A DNA stretch of 64,000 nucleotides from Raja brachyura. Its lineage: Eukaryota. Positions 1-12,490 of this stretch are shown one piece after another (position 1 is the first letter of the stretch; each line of letters opens with the position of its first letter). The position numbers were made by a program, and so were the translations under genes. The notes beneath the pieces were generated by a model. That model searched no databases. It was not told the origin of the DNA and saw nothing but the letters and a program-made list of their open reading frames with translations. The stretch spans positions 14,260,001-14,324,000 of the forward strand of contig OY740796.1 of NCBI GenBank assembly GCA_963514005.1, read 5' to 3'.

Positions 1-2252
1 GTATCTTTGTGTCTTAATCGTATTTAACACGATCTGGCATCCCTCGGATTTCAACCAAAAGTGAGAATAAACTAACCGACAGAAAAAACAGCTTACAGTT
101 TGTAATTGTTTAACAGGTGACATTAACACATTCCATCCAACATAATGTCATGTACAAACTAGGCATAACATTGATAAAACTTTTATCTAACTGTTGAATC
201 ACATACACTTCTATTTTTTGACAACAATTGTATTTTTATTAGCATTTAATCAGTACAATAATACTGTGATATTTAAATGGCAACTTTTTTTAAATCTCCC
301 TTCCACCCACTTTAGCTCCCCCTGCAGGCTTCAAAATCCTTATTTTTGTTTAATTTCTCTCACTAGTCTGAATTTGCAAATGTACATGCAATTAGGAAGC
401 TGAGTTGTCACTTGGCAGTCATAGGATTAGAGAATTACAGTAAGATGGCAGCCATTAGCAATTCAACAGTGTGATGGTGCATCACAGTTGTTAGTCCCAA
501 GGAACAATTATTCTCCCTCAAAGGAAAATATCGAACCGGTGCATTTTATTTGTGTATAAGAAAACCTCTTATTTTCAAGCCTCAAAGAAGCATAAATTGC
601 AAGTGAATGCATTGCAAAACTTGGCTATGTAAAATCACATCTTGCCATCTTACAATTTCTTGCGGACATTTTCTTGTGATCTTCAAGAGCATGCTCCGTG
701 ATTTTTCAGTGGAAGGAAAGTAAGATTGGTTGAGTGCTGGCAAAGGATAGTAATATATACATCTGCTGGTAGACGGTTGCAGAATGGGATGTGTTACATC
801 CCCTTTTCATTGGATTATATTTGATCTTTTGGAGAAGCAAAAACTTCACCGAATATTTTCCATAAGAACTTGCTAGAACAACTAAAGTTAATTTTGAAAT
901 GAGCTAACTAGATAGTGCGTGAGGAAAAGAAAAAAAAATCTATGCTTTCTTAAAGCATAGGAGAAGTAATCATAAGGAGCCATGTGAATGTGATTTTGTT
1001 TCAATCTGCAAAACAAACCACTGTTGAAGTGATTGTCAATGGCAATTTTCAAATAATAACGTTCAGAATGTAATCTCTCTTCATGAATTATAGACCCTTA
1101 AATAGAACGCTTATGCAATATTGACTAACAAGCATTGGTTGTTGCTTCTTCGTGTTCCTAAAGAAAATATTAAGGGAACTCTGGTGGTACACAAAAGAAC
1201 CTCAAAGAAATATGCTTAATTTGCAATACTGGCATAAACCAGAAAGGATAATTGGAGAGCATGGGTGAGACATGAATCATGCCATTTAGAATCAAATGAC
1301 TGAGAATTTTAACTGAGGGTGTTCTCATCAGGTTTTATAGGCATGCTTGTGTATATAATGCCAACTGACTGGTTCAGTTGAACACTTTGAGATTATCTGG
1401 CAAACGGGTCAACGGGAACGGACTGATCTTAAATTTGTATTTGTGTACCAATGAAGACCAGAAATGTAGGAAGACATTCTTGACAGTTTGTCTCCAGTTC
1501 AGTATTTTTATACACTAAATATAATTGGGGAGAATTAACTTGATTTTTACAAAGGGATGATCAAAGGATCAATCCCAGTGGTCCATTTGTTACTTAACCG
1601 TTAAAAGAGGTTTAAAATAATTGAAGATTGTATCCTCAAATTCTTCCGAACGAGAGATGTTCAGAAGTAACCGATCGTGTCCATCTCTTATTATCTGATC
1701 ACAGATATTTCTTCCCATTATGTATCTGTTGCCTTTTGAACATGATAGTACTTTAAATTAATAGGATTTGTGCATGCATGCAGGCGAGGTTAAGATATGC
1801 ATATATCTTTCTTAATCAAATTTAACTCTGCGGTGCGGAAATCTGAATTCCAGAAGTTACTATTTTCTGGTGGACGTACAGGACACTATCTTTCAGCAGT
1901 ATAGCAAAGTGCATTGAAACTTCTGGGACAAAAACTTAATTTCCCCAATCTTTATGTGTTTCTGACTTGATGCACTGAAGTAAGAAATCGGGTAACTTTA
2001 CAGTACTGCCCTTCATTAAAGAATGTGCGTAATATAAGGAAAAGCAATCAAAGGAAGAAAACAGAGAGGCCAATTCTCATTTCTTGGTTTTTGTTTGGTC
2101 TGATTATCACTTGGCCATATTCTCCTATTTTTCAATGTGCCTTCTGTCTGTATTTGACAAAACATATACTGTATATGTTAACTTTTAACTTTTGGAATGC
2201 ATTTACTTGAAGATGATTTATTGTGGTTAATTACCTTACATCTTTAAAATAG

Positions 2253-2561
2253 GAGCAAGTTCAAGAGAAGCCTGCTAAGCCTCCTGCATCCAAACCAACC
2301 AAGCCCCGACCCAAAAATCGTTTCTCGCGCTATCGCTCTAGTTCAGCTCAGCGGCTACGTAGACAGCGACAAGCCAGCTGTCAGTCAGAGCCAGCACCGG
2401 TGGTAGCAGTGGATGAGGGAGCAGCAGGGACTGTGGTGACAGAAACCACAGCTACAGAAGGTGTACCCAGTGTCGGAGCCCCAGGAGTGGAGACCATATC
2501 AGAAAGTACAATTGTCTCCCAACCAAACCGAACCAATGTCAAGTATCCTAAAACCAAAAGA
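2253..2561 (+). CDS. SETD5: SETD5 internal coding exon (first exon in window; upstream exons incl. SET domain lie outside)
   Basis: AG acceptor 2251-2252, GTAAGT donor 2562, phase 0/0. Translates EQVQEKPAKPPASKPTKPRPKNRFSRYRSSSAQRLRRQRQA...KYPKTKR, matching recalled SETD5 motifs [23 protein letters not shown] and KYPKTKK. Confidence 0.93.
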
Positions 2562-3439
2562 GTAAGTGGATGTGTGAATGTATCTGTCTCATTTGTCGAT
2601 TGAGGAACAACTTAATTATCTGACTGTTTCCTAAACAATTTTTGTACAAATTGATCAATTTGAGTAAATATTAAATACATTTATAAAACCTGGTGTATGA
2701 TTCGACCTGTATCATATGATCTTGGCTGATCTATGCTGTTCTCAACAACTCTTCTGGCCATTTTTCCGTACCCCTCTTCTTCAATATGTATCCCCTCCAC
2801 TTGAATGATCTAGCTCACCACCTGCCAGGGCAAAGAATTCTAATGAATCACCATCCTCTGTGAGAAGAAGTTTCTATGCAATTCAGTTGCCCCTTACCTT
2901 GTAGTTATGTTGTGTGAGACTCTTCCACTGCCCCTACCATCTACTCTGTAAAGCCCCCTTCAGGTCTAGTATGTTTGAATGAGGTTATGTCTCAATACTC
3001 TAAACTAAATTAAAAGTTGTTTTATTTGATCTTCCCTTGGATAATTGATGGACTCCATCGAATACCAGATAATTCAAGTACCAGAACTCCGGCAAGGGCG
3101 TTTGTGCAGAGCTCTCTGACATAGCACTGCAGCCATCTAGCTTTATTGCAATGATACACAATTCATTGCCGGGTGGTCCTTGGCCTTTGTTGTTCTTTGT
3201 TTCACTTCCTTGTTCAAAAAGAACATTGATGTCACATTTTTGTCTTTAAATGGAGTGGCCTTCAACTAGGGCCTTCATATTTGTACGTTTCAACAGCCGT
3301 TACAGAGCCCTGCCAATTCAGTCACTTGGATATTTTACTGTTTCTCTTAAATGGAATGAAACAGAAAGAGTAAAAATAGCGATTGGATTCATTCCCATTT
3401 GGAAAATCTTGTACTTATTCGGGATAGTCAGCGTCACTT

Positions 3440-4615
3440 AATTCAAGGGAACTTTATTCAGTTTGTTGAGGAGGTGACAAAGTTTATTGATGAAGGTAGA
3501 GCAGTGACTTGTCTATGTGGGTTTTGGTAAAGCATTTGACAAGGTCCCTCATGGTAGCCTGAACCACAGGATAAAGACACGTTGATCCATGGGGACTTGG
3601 TAGATTGGATTTTAAATTGGCTTAGCCATAGAAGACAAAGAGTAGTGCTAGAGGGATGTTATTCTGACTGAGTCTGTGACCAATGGTCTGCAGGGATCAG
3701 TGGTGGGACCTCTGTTTGCAATATGTATAATGAATTTGGACAAAAATGTGGTCTGATTAGTAAATTGGCAGATGACAGAAGTGGAGTGTTTGTATAGGGA
3801 AGAAGGTCATCAAACAGAACAAATAGATAATCAAACGATACAAATAGATCTGTTGGAAACATGGGCAGAGAAACGACAGCTGGCGTTTAATCCAGTCAAG
3901 TGTGAGCTTTGCACTTTGGGAGGTCAAATTTAAGAGGAAAGTATGCAGTAAATGGGTCTTAGGAATATTTGTGTACAGATGGATCGTGGAGTGCAAGCCC
4001 ATAGATTCCCGAAAGTAGCAATAGAAATGGATAGTGATAAAGGCGGCATTTGGCATGCCTGCCTTCATCGGCCGATGTATTGAATATAAAAGTTGGCAAG
4101 TCACTTTGCATCTTATGAAGCTTTAGTTAGGCCACATTTTGAGTACTGTGTACAGTTTTGGTTTCTGCATTACAGGAAGTTTGTGGAGATATTGGAGAGG
4201 GCACATAAGATGTTCACCAGGATATTGTCCGGAATAGAGAGTATTAGCTAGAAAGAGAGGTTGGACAAACCTGAATTGTTTTGGCTGGAGCATCGTAGGT
4301 TGTGAAGCGACCGAATAGAAATTTATAAAACTGAGATATTGAAATTAATGCATAGCTTTAAGGTGAAAGGCAATGGCAATTTACAAGCCATGGTTTTTTT
4401 TAAATATACAGAAAGTGGTTGGTGCCTGGAACATGTTGCCATGGGAGGAGATGGAAGCAGATACGATAGTAATATTTCAGAGGCATTTAGACTAGTCCCA
4501 AGCAGGCAGGGACCTCAGGGTTAAAGACCATTTGCAGGCAGATGGGATTAGTGTAATTTAGCATAATGGTTGGCACAGACATGGCAGGACGAAGGACCTG
4601 TTTCTACATCTTCTA
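3440..4615 (+). mobile_element. Degenerate CR1/HER1 LINE 3' fragment
   Basis: Decayed RT-coding similarity (KAFDKVPH, RPHxEYCVQFW) and CR1-type 3' tail. Confidence 0.85.
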
Positions 4616-5199
4616 TGTTTTCTGTGGATGTAACAAATAATATAGTTAAAGGGGGCTCTAATGGATGAAGTGTGTTTGAATTTCCAAAAGTGCCACACAT
4701 AGGATTGTTGCACAAAATAAGTGGGTTGTGGGTTATAATAATAACAACATGGATGTGAGATTAGCTAACAGAAAACAGTGATGAGGTAAATGTGTCATTT
4801 TCATATTGGCAGTCATTCACTCGTAGGATGCCAAAGGGTTCATTGCTGAGGTCTCAATTGGTGGGCCGATGGGCCGGTGATGAGGACTTTTGTTTTATTT
4901 CACCGAGTTGCAAAAGTTTGGAATTCTGTAGCCCAGAGAGCTGTGGAGACAATCATTGCATATTTTCAAGGTAGAGACTGACTGCCAGCTACAAAAATCA
5001 ATGGGAGCCGGAGTGAATAGGAAAGTGACGTTGAGGCCAGGATTAATTGGCAAGGAGGGAGCGGATGACCTGCAAGTGTTTCTTCTTAAAATCCTAGATT
5101 CTTATTTTGTGATAGCTCACTGAATCAATTGGGAGCGGGCCTTTTAGTTATACCGAATGACTATATCATTTTTTTTTTTTTAACCACTTTTTGTTTTAG

Positions 5200-5442
5200 T
5201 ATTTGGTTACGGAATGGTTGAACGACAAGATAGAGCGACCTGACTGTCCATATGACCGTCCATTACGCATCACAACGGATCCCACGGTATTGGCAACAAC
5301 ACTGAACATGCTGCCAGGTCTGAGCCATAGTCCTCATATTTGCACAACCCCTAAACACTACATCCGCTTTGGCTCCCCCTTCACTCCTGAAAGAAGGAGG
5401 CAGAGAGTTGTGTGTGATGGCAGTTACGGATCCTGCAAGAAG
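5200..5442 (+). CDS. SETD5: SETD5 coding exon, conserved SETD5/KMT2E block
   Basis: Poly-T tract + TAG acceptor, GTAAGC donor at 5443. Encodes [10 protein letters not shown]...[47 protein letters not shown]...[20 protein letters not shown] and RFGSPF are SETD5-type rather than KMT2E-type (DPEVLATQLNSLPGL, RFTSPF). Confidence 0.97.
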
Positions 5443-5716
5443 GTAAGCACGTACTTTATCTCTACAACAATTTGTGTTGCATAATATAGCCTCATGAATT
5501 TGGATTTGTTGAAATAACAGATAAAGGATATTTGAAAGTGATGATTTACAGCTAGTGTTATCTGCTATATTCATGAGCAAGGATGCTCATCAAACCCTCT
5601 TGGCAGAGAATGCTTGATATGATATTGATGTATGATATGGCTGTAAATGTATCTGTGATAGTTTTCGTAACATTCTTCAAACTTAGATGAAATTAAACCA
5701 TGACTAAATTTAATTA

Positions 5717-6495
5717 CCGTATTACCCGGCAATGAAGACGCTATTTTTCACCCAAAAATAAGGCACGAAAATTTACCTTAGGTTGTTAGCCAAGAAAGAT
5801 AGACTTGGCTATCCCTCAGTACAACAATATCAAGAACGATGTTGCTGCACTGAGGGATAGCCAAATCTATCCCTCATTGCCTGCAGCTGATGGGAAGTGG
5901 CTGTAAAGTGGGAAGCCTCTGTAAAAGGACAGTGCCTCTGGGGCGGGGGGGGGGAAGAGTTCCTTCCATGTGTGTGGGGAGCCTGGCCCGGATCAGCACG
6001 GCCTGGGTTGCACAAATTGGCTGGGCCGCCAGAGGTAAAGTTGCGGGGAGGGCAGTAGTGTTGTGAAGGAGGGGGTTAAGGATCATGCCAGCAGCGCACT
6101 TACCGCTGCCGCGGCACTCCAGGCGTGGAGCGACCGCATTGTGGCCGGGGAGGGAAGCAGCTCGGGTGGCTGTGAGCGGCCGCCTGGACTGGACAGCGGA
6201 ACCTGCTGCCACTTCAGATCCTTCTGCCGACCTGGACCTGCCAGCCAGCCACAGTGTCCTTCCGCACAGGCGCAACCGGCGGAGGTCTCAGTCTCTCTCA
6301 CTTTTTTCTCTTTTCTCTTTCTTTTTCTCTTTCTCTCTTTCTCTCTCTTTCCCCCTATCTTTACCTCCCCCCCTCCCCCCCCCCGGGACTAAACCAAACA
6401 CTTGATCCTGTCCCGCCATCCGTTTGTCAAAATTTAGCGACTTAACTTGGGGTGGGTCTTTGATGCAGGTGCGTGTTCATTGCCGGGAAATACGG
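5717..6495. mobile_element. Non-autonomous Tc1/mariner-superfamily (Tc2/Kanga-like) DNA transposon, 779 bp
   Basis: TIRs CCGTATTACCCGGCAATGAAGACGC and its near-exact reverse complement, flanked by TA on both sides. GC-rich interior without a transposase. Confidence 0.85.
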
Positions 6496-6910
6496 TAATC
6501 AAGTTGGACAAAATAAATAATGCATTTGTTAGCATCTGCATGTGCAGTAATTGAGTTTAGTGATCTCCCTTCAGACTCCTTTGCTTTAAAATGGCTTAAA
6601 AACTCCTTCCAGCAGATAGCTGATTAGAACTAGGAATGTGGTCTACAGTAATTCTTAAGTTGTTGGTATCTCCAGTGGCCATTTTTGATTGTTATCACTA
6701 GGTAAGATTTGTGCATTGACCACTATAATCATTACCTTTTTCCATTGTGCTCTTTTCAACAGGTGTTTAGGCTGATCCAATTAAATCAAAAGAGCTTGTA
6801 TGTCATTTTACTGTTGACAGTTTGGATTTGCAAAGAATTAGGCAGTTTCATTACATTTTTGACTTTTTGGGGAAATTATTTTTTGGTGATGCCTGGCTAG
6901 ACTGAGAATA

Positions 6911-7161
6911 GACACAAAAAGCTATAGTAAGTCAGTGGATCAGACAGCATCTCTATGAAAAGAAATAGGTGGCGTTTTAGGTCGAGACCCTTCTTCAGAA
7001 GAAGGGTCTCGACCTGAAACGTCACCTACGGTATTCCTTTTTTTCTTCTGAAGGGTCTCGATCCGAAACATCACCTACTTCTTTTCTCCAGAGATGCTGC
7101 CTGACCCGGTGAGGTATCTATCTTCGGTGTAAACCAGCATCTGCAGTTCCTTCCTACACAC
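6911..7161. mobile_element. Short fold-back Penelope-derived element with 14-bp TSD
   Basis: Inverted copies of the pLTR-like sequence. Flanked by ctagactgagaata (6897-6910) and ctagattgagaata (7162-7175). Confidence 0.8.
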
Positions 7162-8287
7162 CTAGATTGAGAATATTTTGTTTGAAAGGGAAGGCTTGAT
7201 AAACAACTAAACGCAATTTCAAGAGGAGTACTGTTTTTTTTTCCCCCCTGCTGCACCAGATGCTTCACATTTAATAGTAGGTTACTTTTAATATGCTCCT
7301 CTTTTTCTCGGATAAATCAGTTGACAGTACTTTTGGTTCTTTTTTACCATGGATTCCACAGGTTTAATTACTTTACAGCAACAAAATCAAACGTTGAATA
7401 AATTAGTTTTTTTTCCCTTTGTACTCAAATGTGCATCAGTGTAAATGATATTTTGAAAGAATGCATTTCTTGTTTCAAGCAGCTTAATAATCTTATTTGT
7501 TTGGTTACTAAGTCAACATGGGAGTTACTTCTCTTGAGTTTTATGTTATTGAACAATCCTTTGTGTGTTTAATCCAGTGTTACAATTAATTGTTTTAAGG
7601 AATTAATTTAGTCATAGTATTATGTAAATGATGAGGTGAATGAGATTCCATAATTCTGACTACAATCTTGAAGAAATTGTATTTTGTTCCATGATAGCGT
7701 TGCAAAATGCACTGTGTTCAGTTTTGAATTAACATGGCTTGGGTGTTGGCTACAATGAATAAAAATCCACTGGAGCTTGAGAACTTCATAGATTTTGCTA
7801 CCATCTGGTATTAAGTATGTCAGACTGTTATTGTTAATTTGACTTGAATTCTTATCACACAGGCATTCCATCTGGAACATCTTAGTGAAAATTACGTATT
7901 TGAATCTGGCTCGATATTTAAATGGGAACATTTCCTAGGATGCTGTTACAAATTAGATACAAATTCATGAGGCTGTGGAGTTAATGGAAATATCAAGATT
8001 CATGGTTCGTAGTAGACATTCTTGGTCTAGCTTAAATCCAAATTTGGCTCGATATCTTGCTTCAAAAGAAAACTTAACATTATCAAATTTTAAAATATGA
8101 GACTCGTGCATTTGTCACATAACATCTTTGATAGTCATTGGCTTTAGAGTCAAATGTTTTACATTTATTTATAGTTCTGTGCACTGCATTTTCCTCAATG
8201 ATGCCACTTTCACACAGATGTTAGACTGGTAGAAGTCTGCAGAATTGTGCTTAAACCATTTTGGATAATTAACCTGGTACTTTTCAG

Positions 8288-8429
8288 CGATGGATGAAAC
8301 AGGCAATGGATGAGGCCATGGTGCAACTTCCGCTCACACCAGAGATAGGACAAGAAACACCACCTATATACCACAGCAATGACAGCAGCAATGTGCCTGA
8401 CGAACTGGATGACACCAATACCTCAACAG
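8288..8429 (+). CDS. SETD5: SETD5 coding exon (not in ORF track)
   Basis: ttttcag acceptor, G|GTAAGT donor (phase 1). RWMKQAMDEAMVQ... completes the conserved CKK|RWxKQA motif. Confidence 0.93.
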
Positions 8430-8919
8430 GTAAGTTTAAAAAATAAAATGTTTCATTATTATATGCAGTCAGCCTATCACTGCAGGCCGAGTTCCTGGTA
8501 GCCATTCGGCAAAATAAACAGCAATCTGAGGCAGACAGTTTAATGGTTGTTCCCTCAGCAAGTGGGTGAGATTAAGAACTGACTACAAGTGAAAGGTGTC
8601 ATTGCATAGCCTTCCCACACCCAGCCAAGGAGTCATTCTTCATAAGCGAGCAAAATAATTAATATTTTCAAGGCCATATTATTGACCATAAGATGCAACA
8701 AAGCAAAGATGTTCTCATTACACATTAATCATAACAGTATTTCAAATATAGTAGTACATTTCTGCTCATTGCAACAGCATCAGACAGGACTTTTGCAATG
8801 TATATTGGACGCAGCTGTTACTGGGTAACTCTGCATTTAAAGTGGGAGTTGTTTGAAGGCCAGCTGCTCAAAATTCAAGACTGATGGTCTTCCTGTCAGG
8901 GAGGAAGACGGGTTCAGAA

Positions 8920-10200
8920 TTCTTGATTGATGATATATGTTGAAATTGTAGTCAAAAAGAGAAAGGAAGCACGTGCAAGGTTTAGGAAAGTGGACCAGAC
9001 CTTTGAGAGGTGTAAAGGAAGCAGGAAAGAACTCAAGCAGGGAATCAGGAGAACTAAATGGGACCACAAAATATCCTTGAGTAGGATTAAGGAAAATTCC
9101 AAGGCAATTTGTGCATACATTAAAGTAAGAGGGTAGTTACGGAAAGGATATCTAGCCAAAGACAATGGAGGGAATTTATGCCTGGAAATATAGGAATTGG
9201 CCGAGGTACTAAATAAGTACATTGTGTTGGTATTTGCCAAGGAGAAAGACAAGGAGAATATTTAAATTGGGATGGGGATATGTTGACATTTTAAGGCATT
9301 CTAATGTTATAAAGGAGGGGTTAGACACAAAAAGCTGGAGTAACTGAGAAGGACCCATTCTTTCCTTACAGAGATGCTGCCTGTCCCGCTGAGTTACTCC
9401 AGCTTTTTTGTGTCTATCTGCAGTTTAAACCAGCATCTGCTGTTCCTTCCAGCACATTATAAAGGAGGCTGTTGGGTCTCTTGAACTTCTCAAGAGAGGA
9501 GTTTGCTGGAGCCTCCATTGAGATCTCTCTATCCTCTCGAGACACAGGGAAGGATCCAGTGATCTGGAAGATAGCCAGTGCAATTTATTTTTTTAAGAAG
9601 GGCACTTGGGATAATACAACAAATAATACCCCAGTGAGCCTTCCATCAGTGGGAGAGAAATTATTGAAGATTTTTAGTAATAGAATTTGCTCAAATTAGG
9701 AAAAGCATGGGAATATCAATGTAGCTGTGCGGGGGAGGTCAAGTCTTCAGAACATGATTGTTCAAGGAGGTGTCAGAGATGATTGATAAGAGTAGGATCG
9801 TGGATGCTGTCCACATTATCCATAAAACCTCTAAATGATTTGGACAAAAATGTTGGTAGGCTGAGTGATAACTTTGCAGATGATGCATAGCAGCTTAAGG
9901 CATATGGCATGTTTGTCTTCATCGGTCAAGGATTTGAGTATAAAAGTTGGTATGTTGCAGCTGTATAAAACTTGGCTTGGGCCACATCTGGAGTACTGCC
10001 TATGGTTCTGATTGCCACATCATAGTATGATGTGGAAGCATTAGAGAAGATGCAAGGGAAATTCTCTGGGATATTGTCTGTTTTAGAGTATTTTAGATAT
10101 AAGAAAAAGTTAAGCTAACTTGGATTGTTTTTTCTGGGCAACCGAACGGATGTGTATAAAATTATGTAAAGCTTTGTTGATAGGGTAGACAGTCAGCGAC
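8920..10200 (+). mobile_element. Fragmented CR1 LINE ORF2 with nested Penelope-derived insert (9319-9456)
   Basis: RIKENSKAxxAYIK and PVSLxSVxxKLL CR1 ORF2 motifs. The insert is flanked by a ttataaaggagg duplication. Confidence 0.8.
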
Positions 10201-10221
10201 TATTTCCCAGGTGGAAATGTC

Positions 10222-10440
10222 TGCTGCCTCATAGCGCCAGAAACCAGGGTTCGACTCTGACCGTGGGACTTTATGTGTGGAACGTTCTCCAGCATCCCAA
10301 AGACGTGGGTTTGTAGGTTAATGGGTCTCCGTAAATTGCCCCTAGTGCGTATGGAGTGGATGAAAAAGTGGGATAGCAGAGAATGGTTGGCATGAGCTTG
10401 GTGGGCCAAAGCACCTGTTTCCATGCTGTATCTCTAAAAC
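10222..10440 (+). mobile_element. HE1-like tRNA-derived V-SINE (internally deleted)
   Basis: B-box GGTTCGACTC, ccaaagacgt..gtaggttaat core, CR1-like tail. Confidence 0.8.
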
Positions 10441-10851
10441 TAAAAAACTTGACATCATGGTTGGCAGAGATGCCAAAGGCCTATTTAATGCTGCACTGGT
10501 CTGCGTGTATGTTCTATAAGACATATTTATTTGCAGTGGGAATTACAACACGTATCAGGACAAGGGATCCAGATTTTCTTTCATTAGTATTTTATTCCAA
10601 CAATTGGCTGTTATGGCCTTTTTACTTTTGAGTGTTTACATGGTTGCTTAGCAGATCATCATGATCCACCAGAGATCCGAGATATTGACCTGCAAAGTCG
10701 GTCTTGGAAATGGGACAAGCTTAGATGGAGCATCTTGGTCGGCATGGTCAGGTTGAGCCAATAGGTCAATTTCTGTGCTGTGTTACTCTATGTCTCTAAA
10801 ATGTACCTGTGTTCATTCAGTAATGGATTTGATAATTTCTCTATTTTCTAG

Positions 10852-11102
10852 AGTTGATTGCACCTCTGAAGAAACGAAAGGCACGGTATCTGTCAGACGT
10901 GAGTTTGACCGATTTGCCCGGAACTTGTAGTCCTCTGTCAGCACCAGCATCTGTCACGGATACGGCCATGTCCAGCCCAACAATAATGACGCCTTGCACC
11001 TTGTTTCCAGGAGAAGAGGACAAGAAAAATGGATATAATACAGTTTACTCACCCCTTCATTCCCTTGCTGCTAGCCGATGTAATACTCCACTACAGTTTG
11101 AG
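10852..11102 (+). CDS. SETD5: SETD5 coding exon
   Basis: ttttctag acceptor (phase 1), GAG|GTAAAT donor. Encodes ELIAPLKKRKARY...SRCNTPLQFE, the conserved SETD5/KMT2E motif. Confidence 0.94.
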
Positions 11103-11964
11103 GTAAATATATCTTCAGCAGCAGGAATGCCAATTTCATTCATGAGGAAAGTTAATCTTTTGTTCTCTCTCAGTAAATATAACTCTTCTAATAGTGTTCT
11201 TTGTGAGACAAAATTAATTTTCTTTATAATTTAAATGTGATCAAATGGATGAAATATTTATGCTAGGTGATTTAAAGTGCACTGCAATGACTCATTCTGA
11301 TATCAGCAGTCTTTACCTCTTGGCTATCTAAATGTATGTGGCATTAAGAGTTTTTGTTTTTACTGATTGCTTTGGTCAGTGGGTTTCAAGCTTGCCTGTT
11401 GGTTTCTTGATACCCAAAATATCAAATATGTTTACCTCTGTTTCCATACGTTGTTTATTTTCTCCTTTAAATATAGGCTAAAAATGCAGATCAGAGAATG
11501 ATCTTCTTGAAGTTGCACCGCACTTTGTAAATCATTTTGTAATACTACCAAATTCATTTTGAAAGGTGCAACTTTCAGAATTCAGATTCCCCATAATCTA
11601 GGTAATACTTAAAAAAGACAAGAATATTTAAACTTTAAAAAAAAAAGATAAACTTTGATCTTAAAAAAAAAGATAAACGATGAAATATAACAGGGTGGAA
11701 AATAGTATATTTTGCATACAATTAGAGTAGTTCTTCCCAGTGCATTTTCTATAATGATAGAAAATAGAATTATTGTATATAACATAATTTAACTGTATTC
11801 TCACTTTTAAAAATAGAAATAGCTACAGTTGTTGCTACTGAGAGTAAAGTCTGGATAATTCTGATCATTTCATTATCCTGCATATTTGTTTAAAATTATA
11901 TTTAGCTCGGTTTATTTTTTCTCCTCCTGACCAGTACTTTCACAAAAGTGTTTTTTTTTTAAAG

Positions 11965-12490
11965 AGGTGAGACCACACTTGGGGTTTTTGTGCAGGTTTG
12001 GTCACCCAGCTGCAGGGAGGATGTTTTTAAGCTGAAACGAGTATGGAAACGATTCAGAAGGATATTCCCAGGACTGGAATGCTTGTTGGATAAGGAGAAA
12101 CTGGATATGGTGGGGGAGTTTTCTCTGCAGCTTTGAAGGCTGAGGTGACCTTATAAAAGTATACAAAATCATGAAGGTCAAGATGATCAGTCATCTTCCC
12201 AGCATGGGTGAGTCTACAATATGAGGGCATAGATTTTGACAGAGGGAAAACATTAAAGAAGACCTCAGGGGCATCTCTTTCACTCAGCGGGTATTTGGAA
12301 TGAGTTGCCTGTGGAAGTTGTGGAGGCGGGTACAATTAGAGTATTTAAAATGCATTAAGACAGATGCGTAGATAGGAAATAGTTAGAATCATATGGGACA
12401 ATTGGGTAAAAAGGAGAAGCTCAGGTAGGCGACTTGATTGCCTTTGATGAGATTGTCCAAAGGTCCTGATACAATGTTGTGTAACTCTAA
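11965..12490 (+). mobile_element. Old CR1 LINE 3' fragment
   Basis: Decayed RPHL..VQxWSP and 3' tail similar to other copies in the window. Confidence 0.7.

Noticed and set aside
5830-6445. Cluster of overlapping ORFs
   Set aside because: Stop-poor GC-rich interior of a non-autonomous transposon.
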